A stretch of DNA of 10,736 bases, taken from assembly GCA_051532055.1 (NCBI GenBank), contig JAOPTX010000011.1:1-10736 (forward strand). Direction: 5' to 3'. Position 1 is the stretch's first letter. Every line of letters begins with the position of its first letter. Under the pieces are notes generated by a model, which saw only the letters and a list, made by a program, of their open reading frames with translations, had not been told where the DNA came from and made no database searches. A program made the translations under genes and the position numbers. The DNA is from Fibrobacterales bacterium (GTDB taxonomy: Bacteria; Fibrobacterota; Fibrobacteria; Fibrobacterales; JAOPTW01). This document shows, one piece after another, positions 1 to 6,747 of this stretch.

Positions 1-1586
1 ACAATCATATACCTCGGAGAATTTGAAAACTTCCACTTGAATGAATCGCCACTCCATGTTGCAGTTTGACGCTCGCCGAACATATCTACTATTTCAACCG
101 AGCCGAGTGAGTTATAAATATCGCGAGTTTCGCTCGCTCCTTCTTTCCAGAATGCATAGATTCGGTCGTCTCCTTTACCGAATTTGAGATAGTATACTCC
201 TGGAGTCCCGCTATCAATACGTTTCATAAACTTATACCCATTGAGTACGGTGTTTAATGTTTGGTATGCATAGTAGGCCAATTTAGGAGTGTAATCTCTT
301 TCTACCAGTCCAAAGTTATGTTCTCTATTTCCGCCATCCTCACCATCATTCCGCCAGTCATACCAGATACTGAGGTTGACTCCCTTTGATATATTGGTCA
401 ACATTATTCTTACTAACCGTCGGGCTTGTTCATGATCACTCAAAGGATTATTATCCCAATTGATATTTGAATATCCCCATTCACTCGATACAACCGGTTT
501 GTCATTTCCGCCGTTATATTGACGAATTAAACTCCTCAGACCATCGTACTCTGACTGTGCAGTCTCAGGGTCTTGAGCACGGTAGGGGTGTACCGATACT
601 GCATCAATATAGTTGAGAAACCCTTGTTTAAACGTATCTTCATGCCAATTCATATCGATATGCGATGTAGCAGAGCCTAACAGTACAATATCGGGATGTG
701 CGGCTTTTATGGCAGGGACCGCCCTATCCATAAGTTTCATATAGGCATTTACATCAGGATTGGGTGCCCAGAAGTTATAGATATTTGGTTCATTCCACAG
801 CTCCCAGATAATGTTTTTCTCTTTATACCGTGTAACTGCTGCCACCGCAAAGTCGGTCCAGCCAACTCTCCCTGCATGGGTCCAGACAGAGTTACCATAT
901 TCTTCATAGTTTTCGTTTGAATAGGCAAGTATAAAGAGCAGTTGGATTCCACGCTGTTCGCATCCGGCTACAAGTGAGTCATAGGCTTCCCAATTATATG
1001 TTCCTTTTTCCTTTTCAACGATATGCCAAAATATATCCATTCGTATTAGTTTAATTCCTGCAGCAGCAATTTGGGTGAGTTGTTTACTGTTTTTTCTAAA
1101 ATGAATATTGACTCCAAACCCATGAGGGATTGTTGGGCCAGGGAGCCCCCAATTTAAAAAATCGGGATTTTCATTAGGTACAACAGTGGTGTCTGATGCT
1201 ACAGCACTACTTGAGCTGTTCTCTTCATTGTCAGAAGAGGAGACTCCGAGTGCACTAGAGACTTCAGCAACTACAGAACTTTCGAGCATGAGAGAACTAC
1301 TGAGAGTGCTACTCCTTTGTGTAGCGCTGCTCTCTGTGCTACTACTCTCTGTGGTAGTGCTTTGTATGCTACTGCTCATTGTTACACCAGAGGTGTGTTT
1401 TTCACTTGAAGAGAGTGTTTCGGGTTCAGTGTTCAATGGAGCGTCACTACTCAGCGCGCTACTGTCAGTGGAGGAACCGGTGCCTTCAGACGCTATTTCT
1501 GGATCCACGGATTCAGCACATGCCCCGAGTAACAATAGGACGAAAATTATTGAAAACCAAGGTAGTACCAAAGAACTTTTATTCAT
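1..1586 (-). CDS. Lipoprotein glycoside hydrolase, clan GH-A (GH5/GH39-like TIM barrel plus C-terminal beta-domain), with long Ser/Thr-rich linker; 3' end beyond window
   Basis: Hand translation from the ATG at 1586 (GGAG RBS at 1592-1595) is open for 528 codons to the window edge. MNKSSLVLPWFSIIFVLLLLGAC is a lipobox signal peptide, followed by a Ser-rich linker (~1190-1500). Then come PHGFGVNIHF, GIKLIRMDIFWHIVEKEKGTYNW, WELWNEPN (acid/base Glu at 789-791), DAVSVHPYR, PVVSSEWGYS (nucleophile Glu at 480-482), SIWYDWRNDG, EHNFGLV and PKLAYYAY. Missing from the ORF track because its stop lies outside the window. Confidence 0.9.
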   Translation of the reverse strand, partial: MNKSSLVLPWFSIIFVLLLLGACAESVDPEIASEGTGSSTDSSALSSDAPLNTEPETLSSSEKHTSGVTMSSSIQSTTTESSSTESSATQRSSTLSSSLMLESSVVAEVSSALGVSSSDNEENSSSSAVASDTTVVPNENPDFLNWGLPGPTIPHGFGVNIHFRKNSKQLTQIAAAGIKLIRMDIFWHIVEKEKGTYNWEAYDSLVAGCEQRGIQLLFILAYSNENYEEYGNSVWTHAGRVGWTDFAVAAVTRYKEKNIIWELWNEPNIYNFWAPNPDVNAYMKLMDRAVPAIKAAHPDIVLLGSATSHIDMNWHEDTFKQGFLNYIDAVSVHPYRAQDPETAQSEYDGLRSLIRQYNGGNDKPVVSSEWGYSNINWDNNPLSDHEQARRLVRIMLTNISKGVNLSIWYDWRNDGEDGGNREHNFGLVERDYTPKLAYYAYQTLNTVLNGYKFMKRIDSGTPGVYYLKFGKGDDRIYAFWKEGASETRDIYNSLGSVEIVDMFGERQTATWSGDSFKWKFSNSPRYMI

Positions 1587-1686
1587 ATCTGCTCCCAATC
1601 TTATAATGTATTGTGTGATTCCCTTATCTATAAGATCATTTATTTACAGATAGAGAGAGGTATTCTTAGGCAGGAACCAAATAATG

Positions 1687-1706
1687 CTGTTGACTTCTGT
1701 TGACTT
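1687..1706. repeat. Perfect 10-bp tandem direct repeat (CTGTTGACTT x2) in the divergent intergenic region
   Basis: CTGTTGACTT at 1687-1696 and 1697-1706. An inverted GTCAA lies at 1721-1725 and AAAAACT x2 at 1725-1738. Confidence 0.8.
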
Positions 1707-1717
1707 ATCACTATTGT
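1690..1717 (+). promoter_or_regulatory. Possible sigma70-type promoter
   Basis: TTGACT (1690-1695), 16-nt spacer, TATTGT (1712-1717). It lies about 290 nt upstream of the 2008 start, so the assignment is weak. Confidence 0.25.
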
Positions 1718-2007
1718 TTGGTCAAAAAACTAAAAACTATCTAATGAAACCATGGGGCATTACGGGAATTGGCGAATTCTAATCTGAATTGCTGCAACGT
1801 CCAAAGAAAGAATGTCTTAATATAAGCAATTAATAAATTTTAGAATTTTGGGTTATTATTTAGAGAACACATCAATAAGTGTTTACTGGCAGAGTACACA
1901 TATTAGCATGTTACCATCATATCATATTTAAACAACTTAAGAGTCTATTACATTTTCAGATGCTTAACGGCTTAATACTAACCATTAACTTTAAAGGATT
2001 AAAAATT

Positions 2008-2919
2008 ATGAAAGCGAGCCTACTATTAGCAGGTGCTCTATTCTCTTTGGTGCAATTAACATCGTGTACTGATTCGACTACAGGTATCTCAAGTACTGTA
2101 AACAATGATGAAACTGAATTGTCAATAAATGAATACCCAAGTATTGATGAATCAAAAAATGCCAACCCTTATAATAAAGCAATAGTTCTGAGGAGTGAAT
2201 TCTCTGGTGAAGGATTATATGATATTGATACAATTATTGATGATTTCACACTGACTTCATCTCTCGACCCAGATGACTCTGGAAATATACTTTCAAAAAT
2301 AAATACTACCGAAGATCATAGACTAACAACAGACAGTCGATTGACATCGGTACAATATGTGGGAGGCGGGTCATCTCAAATGGGTTGCTCAAAATCTCCA
2401 CCTGCAAATAGACGTATTGTCTCCGATCTAAACTCAAATGCTGGTGGTGACTATATTTATTTATGCTATGGTTTTACACCTGTAGCAGATATGATAAAAG
2501 ACAATATACATGGTATTCAATTTATTGGATATCCATGGCATGAGAGTGGTGAAGGTTGGGCATTTGAGGACAGAGGTTACTATCCAGTTAAAAACTATAA
2601 AAGTTCAACAGGTCCACTTAATATGAATCAGGGTATGAGTACGTGGTACCATAGAGTCAGACCCAATTACAATGGCTCTTACTATAAAACGACCAATGAA
2701 GTATCCAATGCAATTAAGGCCGTTGGAGTGTATGCAGGTCGCTACAACATTGCAATGGGTAAGAACATTCTTACCACCGATGGTGATTATACCTTCCATT
2801 GGAGAATTGTCACTAAAGATCTTAACCAATATGGTGGTGGTGATTATGTATTTATTGTTGCACTTGAAAGAGTGTATTTAGGAAGTTGGATGTCATACAT
2901 CTGGACTGGGTTTGTTTAA
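2008..2919 (+). CDS. Lipoprotein with C-terminal MABP-like (MVB12-associated beta-prism) domain, 303 aa
   Basis: The start is moved from 1879 to the ATG at 2008, which has an AAGGA RBS (1994-1998) and begins the signal peptide MKASLLLAGALFSLVQLTSC (lipobox). Three internal repeats end in DLNSNAGGDYIYLCY (2425-2469), NMNQGMSTW (degenerate) and DLNQYGGGDYVFIV (2818-2859), matching the DLNxGAGGxYIYLCY signature of MABP repeats. Confidence 0.75.
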   Translation: MKASLLLAGALFSLVQLTSCTDSTTGISSTVNNDETELSINEYPSIDESKNANPYNKAIVLRSEFSGEGLYDIDTIIDDFTLTSSLDPDDSGNILSKINTTEDHRLTTDSRLTSVQYVGGGSSQMGCSKSPPANRRIVSDLNSNAGGDYIYLCYGFTPVADMIKDNIHGIQFIGYPWHESGEGWAFEDRGYYPVKNYKSSTGPLNMNQGMSTWYHRVRPNYNGSYYKTTNEVSNAIKAVGVYAGRYNIAMGKNILTTDGDYTFHWRIVTKDLNQYGGGDYVFIVALERVYLGSWMSYIWTGFV

Positions 2920-2929
2920 CCTATACTAT

Positions 2930-2957
2930 AAAAGGGTTAGCAATCGCTAACCCTTTT
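2930..2957. terminator. Intrinsic terminator, potentially bidirectional
   Basis: AAAAGGGTTAGC-AATC-GCTAACCCTTTT is a perfect 12-bp inverted repeat with A and T tracts, starting 10 nt after the TAA at 2919. Confidence 0.85.
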
Positions 2958-2977
2958 CAACGATTAGATCGTGAAAG

Positions 2978-3112
2978 GTGAATGAGGGTGGTTTATACCG
3001 CTTTGATGGTATAGAATGGCATATTTATGATTCAGATAATTCAATTCTTACAAAGAGGATTGTGCACTCTTTATATGCATCGTATTCACATCGTTATACT
3101 ATCAGTACTTGA
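2978..3112 (+). pseudogene. Relic single blade of a beta-propeller (two-component regulator propeller / Reg_prop-like)
   Basis: 44-codon frame bounded by TGA (2972-2974) and TGA (3110-3112): VNEGGLYRFDGIEWHIYDSDNSILTKRIVHSLYASYSHRYTIST. It matches the GGLxxFDGxxWxxYxxxNSxLxxxxVxSL blade pattern. No RBS or signal peptide. Confidence 0.55.
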
Positions 3113-3228
3113 GTAATGAAAAATTGAGGTTCAGGTAGGAATTAGGTCTACTGCTCTTCGTATATAACCGTTTTTTAATACATTATATACGGGACTACAG
3201 AGTCAAATTTCATTCATTCGAGGGCATT

Positions 3229-4881
3229 ATGAAGCTAACAGTATCTAATACGCTTTTTATTATTATCCATTTCTTTCTTATTGGTTGTTTAGAAAATACA
3301 TCGAGTACCAATAGTGTGACAGATGATACAACTGTACCGTATTCACAGAGCCAAGATATATCATCTTCACAGAGCCAAGATGTATCATCTTCAGAGGTAA
3401 TACATCAATCATCTCATGTTTTTGCAGATGATGTAAGCTCTTCTCAAAGGGTTCGAGTCATTACAGAAAGTAAAAATACAGCCACCATAGACTTTAATGT
3501 TGTAGACCTGAGTACTGCGCAGAAATTAGGCGCGGTTGAAGTGTCTTGGATAGATAATGGCACTACAGTAGTTGCTTATTCTGATTCCTTGGGGTATGTA
3601 TCCATTGAAGGTCTTGTTATTGGGAGCTATACGTTTGTGTTTATAAAAGAGGGTTTTGAAACAATACTTGAATTGGTCGATTTAACCGAGATGCAAAACT
3701 CTGATATGCCAGTATTAGCATATATAGATCGAACGGTATTTATGCAGGTTCCCACAGCACTTTCAAGTGCGGTGGAAGTGAGTGCAAGTAGTAGCCAGCG
3801 AGTAAGTTCAGGTGTAGGAGAGGCTGACGCTGGAGTATATTATGTCACTCCTCTCGCAAATGTAGATGGAGAAGGGACAATGGAATCACCTTTCCTTAAA
3901 ATACAGGATGGGGTAAAGGCAGCATTGGGTTTTGGTGATGGCGCAAAAGTGATGGTTGCAGCTGGTAATTATTCTCTCACGACTAAGATTACTATTGATA
4001 AGGATATTGAATTGTATGGTGGATATTCTCAAGATGATTGGGATGAAAGAGATGTAGAGAAATATATATCTAAGGTTGAGACTCGGTATGGTGATCCAAC
4101 ATGGGCATCGGTCTTTGAATTAAATGGAAACACTATTATCGATGGGTTCCTGATTTCTCAGCATGGAATAGATGTATCTTTTTTAAATGCTATAAATGTT
4201 GAAGGGGGTTCTCCCACAATTAGAAACTCAACGATTCATACAATGAATCTGAGAGGGTCTTTTAGTTCAGGCATAGAAGTACATGAAGGAACTCCTCTGG
4301 TGTATAATAATGTGATTATGTTATCAGGTAACACTATCCCTAGTGCTGTAAAGGTGCGTTCAGGGTCTTTTACTCAGATCTATAATAATACCTTTGTAGT
4401 CCTTGAACAAGATAAGGTAACTTTTGGTACAGGGGTGTACTTGTATGATTCTTCTACTGTGGTGATCCAAAATAATGCCTTTGTCAACTTCGAAATAATT
4501 GTACAAGAGTCCGATTTGCAGAGTGACGTTTTAGAAATGAAAAATAATAGCGCGACTCTGTATGACAAGACGGGTACAGGGTTGTTTGCTGTGTTTTATA
4601 GAGATTGGGATACTGATACCGTATATGATGCAGATGGCGTTGAGGCACTCACTGATGTTGAAGCATCGGGTAATATGCTTTTTGACCATATGCCTTATTT
4701 TGTGGATTATGATGGTATAGATAATGATAGCGCAACGTTCGCTGATAATAATGTGCAGTTTATTGAATCAACACCAAAATCGATACTTGAAGGAGGGGCA
4801 GAGGTTGCTCAGTTTTCAACTGATAAACGAGGAGTGGTTAGGACGGCACCTTGGTCTATTGGGGCATATGAGGTTGATTGA
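3229..4881 (+). CDS. Lipoprotein: Ser-rich linker, carboxypeptidase-regulatory-like Ig domain, DUF1565 cap plus right-handed parallel beta-helix, choice-of-anchor-Q-like tail
   Basis: GAGGG RBS at 3220-3224 and lipobox FLIGC. Ig-like motif YSDSLGYVSIEGLVIGSYTFVFIKEGFE; DUF1565-type YYVTP..GEGTMESPFLKIQDGV..VMVAAGNY; beta-helix repeats SPTIRNSTI, PLVYNNVI, TQIYNNTF, VVIQNNAF; terminal TDKRGVVRTAPWSIGAYE. Confidence 0.85.
   Translation: MKLTVSNTLFIIIHFFLIGCLENTSSTNSVTDDTTVPYSQSQDISSSQSQDVSSSEVIHQSSHVFADDVSSSQRVRVITESKNTATIDFNVVDLSTAQKLGAVEVSWIDNGTTVVAYSDSLGYVSIEGLVIGSYTFVFIKEGFETILELVDLTEMQNSDMPVLAYIDRTVFMQVPTALSSAVEVSASSSQRVSSGVGEADAGVYYVTPLANVDGEGTMESPFLKIQDGVKAALGFGDGAKVMVAAGNYSLTTKITIDKDIELYGGYSQDDWDERDVEKYISKVETRYGDPTWASVFELNGNTIIDGFLISQHGIDVSFLNAINVEGGSPTIRNSTIHTMNLRGSFSSGIEVHEGTPLVYNNVIMLSGNTIPSAVKVRSGSFTQIYNNTFVVLEQDKVTFGTGVYLYDSSTVVIQNNAFVNFEIIVQESDLQSDVLEMKNNSATLYDKTGTGLFAVFYRDWDTDTVYDADGVEALTDVEASGNMLFDHMPYFVDYDGIDNDSATFADNNVQFIESTPKSILEGGAEVAQFSTDKRGVVRTAPWSIGAYEVD
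3342..3396 (+). repeat. In-frame 24-bp tandem duplication in linker
   Basis: TTCACAGAGCCAAGATATATCATC (3342-3365) and TTCACAGAGCCAAGATGTATCATC (3366-3389) differ by one base; a partial third copy TTCAGAG follows. Encodes SQSQDISS/SQSQDVSS. Confidence 0.9.
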
Positions 4882-4890
4882 GTAGGTGGT

Positions 4891-4978
4891 GGCTGAACCT
4901 AGGAAACAAGCGAAGCCAATGTTTTTGTTTGAGAGCTTCACCGTCCATGGTGGGGGCCGGAGAGCTTCAGGTGTAGCC
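4891..4978. repeat. Small structured intergenic element (REP/MITE-like or structured RNA)
   Basis: Imperfect terminal inverted repeats GGCTGAACCT (4891-4900) and AGGTGTAGCC (4969-4978). Inside are an AAACAA..TTGTTT stem around a GCGAAGC mini-hairpin (4910-4916), the hairpin CTTCACC-GTCCAT-GGTGGGG (4936-4955), and a direct repeat GAGAGCTTCA at 4931-4940 and 4960-4969. Confidence 0.35.
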
Positions 4979-4990
4979 TTTCTTATGCCA

Positions 4991-5472
4991 CTAATTGAAT
5001 AATGGTGGCATAGAATGTCTAGAATGAATTAGAAATACTTCTTTTTGAGCTTTAATTCGAGGAATCTCCTCTTTTTTATATCCCATTTTGGTCATAAGTG
5101 CCGCACCAATAGGGTTATTAGAATCTATAAAGTCACGCCAATTGAGAAGATTGGTTTTTGATGTCTGAGCCACAGTTGGCAATAGTAATTAAACATTCGC
5201 TTTGGGAATATATTTTCACGTTTGTTTTGATGTTCAATATGAATAAGGATATGGCGCAGTTCACTCTTTATACGGACCCCAGCAACGACATCCATTTTTC
5301 GCTCATTGCCTTTGCCTGGACCATGGTCGGTACTCATCTCTTGCTGTAAAAAATGAACGGTTCAAAAGTCTATCTGTTTAGATTCTTCGGGCCAGAAGAG
5401 TTCCATGAACTCATTGAAGTATTCTTGAATGAGTTCTTTGAATGCTTGATGGTGTATATTTTCGTTAGTCAT
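4991..5472 (-). pseudogene. Rpn-family recombination-promoting nuclease / putative transposase (PD-(D/E)XK) pseudogene
   Basis: From the ATG at 5472: MTNENIHHQAFKELIQEYFNEFMELFWPEESKQIDF*(TGA 5364-5362)TVHFLQQEMSTD..KMDVVAGVR..ILIHIEHQ..FPKRMFNYYCQLWLRHQKPIFSI. The similarity continues in another frame as LNWRDFIDSNNPIGAALMTKMGYKKEEIPRIKAQ and is then lost. The FKEL, D..IHIExQ, RMFxY and LNWRDF..NP..ALMxKM motifs are typical of this family. Track ORFs 5125..5337 and 4991..5182 are its fragments. Confidence 0.85.
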
Positions 5473-5542
5473 AGTATCACTGTAATAGTTAAAAGAGCAA
5501 ATATACTTCAGTAGGTGTGACAGATTTTATCTTACTCATTAG

Positions 5543-5722
5543 GAAAAAGAAATTGCGCTAAAGGATGGCACCTTCGAAGGGTTGGTATATGCGCCAAAAA
5601 AACAGGAGTGGTATGAGGCAGAGTTTGCGGTACAGCGAGAGGCTCGTGATATTGAAGTTTCCTTTGGTTTTTTGAGTAAATCAATTTTTTGGAACCGTGT
5701 ACCCTCGGAAGTGAGCAAATAA
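5543..5722 (+). pseudogene. C-terminal relic of a DUF2147-like protein
   Basis: 59 codons after an in-frame TAG (5540-5542), with no ATG: EKEIALKDGTFEGLVYAPKKQEWYEAEFAVQREARDIEVSFGFLSKSIFWNRVPSEVSK*. Resembles the GxIYxP..xY....GFxSKxxxWxRV C-terminal half of DUF2147. Confidence 0.5.
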
Positions 5723-5729
5723 GGGCTCC

Positions 5730-5758
5730 TTGACCGGTGTTTTTATATGTGGTACACT
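5730..5758 (+). promoter_or_regulatory. Sigma70-type promoter with extended -10 for the efflux operon
   Basis: TTGACC (5730-5735), exact 17-nt spacer, TACACT (5753-5758) preceded by TG at 5750-5751 (TGn). It ends 35 nt upstream of the ATG at 5794. Confidence 0.65.
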
Positions 5759-5793
5759 TAACGCACAACGCTGAAACGTTTATAGAGTGAATA

Positions 5794-6747
5794 ATGAAGA
5801 AATTGGAAATAAATAAATCTAAACTGTATTCCTATAGCATGGGTATACTCCTGACTCTAGTAAGTTCATTGTATGCATTTGAAAATAATCTTGCGCATAT
5901 CAGCTATACCTACAGCCCGCCAATTACCTACAGCATAAAGAGTGCTGATACTATCAATCGTGAATTAACCTATCAGCTTCATTCTATCAAGGCTGGGTTT
6001 ACGATACCCATACAGGTAAATAAACAATTTGTACTTATGGCGTCACCGCTCTATAAAGGGCTCTATTTTACTCATGATAATAGTGCTTCTTCTGAGTCTA
6101 CACGCGATTTTCATAGTATGGAACTTGGGATAAAGGGAATTTGGCTCAAAGATGATACATGGACTTTTGCTCTGGCTGTACTCCCGAGTCTTGTGTCTGA
6201 TTTTGATTCTGGTGTGAGTAACCGAGTATGGCAGACTAATGGTTCTGCTGTTGCGATTCGCCGTTCAGTAAAGCATGCGTTTATGTTTGGGCTTATTTAT
6301 ACGAGAGCAACAGGAAGCCCCTTGCTCTTACCACTCTTAGGGTATCATAAAAAATGGGATGCTATAAGGTTTTCTGCACTCTTTCCATCATATGTGAGTC
6401 TTAATTACTCCTTACCAAGTAAGCTTAGGATGGGGTTGCGAGTCGAGTTGGCAGGCGACCATATTCAACTTGATACACCTGTTATAAATAATATTGAAGT
6501 AAAGTTTAGTAGGGTGCAAGTAGGACCCGAGGTTATCGTTCCTATTAAGGGATTGTTTTTTATGAAAATGCATGGGGGCTACTCAATGTATATGCAAGAT
6601 ATTGAGTTTAAAAATCATGGGACAGTTGTCGCTACGGCAGAACACTCGCCCAATCTGTTCTTAAAAGTTGGCATTGTCATGAAAATTCCTAAAGTGAAAC
6701 CCAAAAAGAGAGCGCAGGTATCATCTTCAAATAAAGGTACTCAATGA
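5794..6747 (+). CDS. Outer-membrane beta-barrel protein, DUF6268-like
   Basis: Signal peptide ending SSLYA, amphipathic strands with aromatic girdles, and motifs LPSLVSDF, PLLLPLLGY, SALFPSY and FSRVQVGP. The stop overlaps the next start (ATGA, 6744-6747). An alternative start is Met16 at 5839. Confidence 0.7.
   Translation: MKKLEINKSKLYSYSMGILLTLVSSLYAFENNLAHISYTYSPPITYSIKSADTINRELTYQLHSIKAGFTIPIQVNKQFVLMASPLYKGLYFTHDNSASSESTRDFHSMELGIKGIWLKDDTWTFALAVLPSLVSDFDSGVSNRVWQTNGSAVAIRRSVKHAFMFGLIYTRATGSPLLLPLLGYHKKWDAIRFSALFPSYVSLNYSLPSKLRMGLRVELAGDHIQLDTPVINNIEVKFSRVQVGPEVIVPIKGLFFMKMHGGYSMYMQDIEFKNHGTVVATAEHSPNLFLKVGIVMKIPKVKPKKRAQVSSSNKGTQ

Noticed and set aside
1186..1653. 155-aa Leu-rich plus-strand ORF with an apparent TM segment (also 696..920, 749..952, 1379..1606)
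   Set aside because: These are antisense or off-frame shadows of the GH lipoprotein; the Leu runs are the reverse complement of Ser codons in its linker.
1744..1782. 12-codon ORF MKPWGITGIGEF and nearby TTCTAAT resembling a tRNA anticodon loop
   Set aside because: No RBS, no attenuator structure and no cloverleaf or T-loop; consistent with chance.
1879..2007. 43-codon N-terminal extension from the GTG at 1879
   Set aside because: The ATG at 2008 has an RBS and begins a canonical lipoprotein signal peptide.
5125..5182. Overlap of two Rpn fragments as a programmed frameshift
   Set aside because: No slippery site lies at the junction itself, and a conserved segment seems to be missing, which fits a deletion better.
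5362..5364. In-frame TGA as possible selenocysteine, readthrough or alternative genetic code
   Set aside because: TGA ends intact genes at 4881 and 6747, the position is not catalytic, and the gene has further independent lesions.
5158..5768. Track ORFs 5158..5349 (+) and 5532..5768 (-)
   Set aside because: They lie antisense to the Rpn and DUF2147-like relics and show no recognisable motifs.
5760..5780. AACG-N6-CGTT palindrome near the predicted transcription start as an operator
   Set aside because: Only 4-bp arms and no regulator gene in the window; too weak to call.
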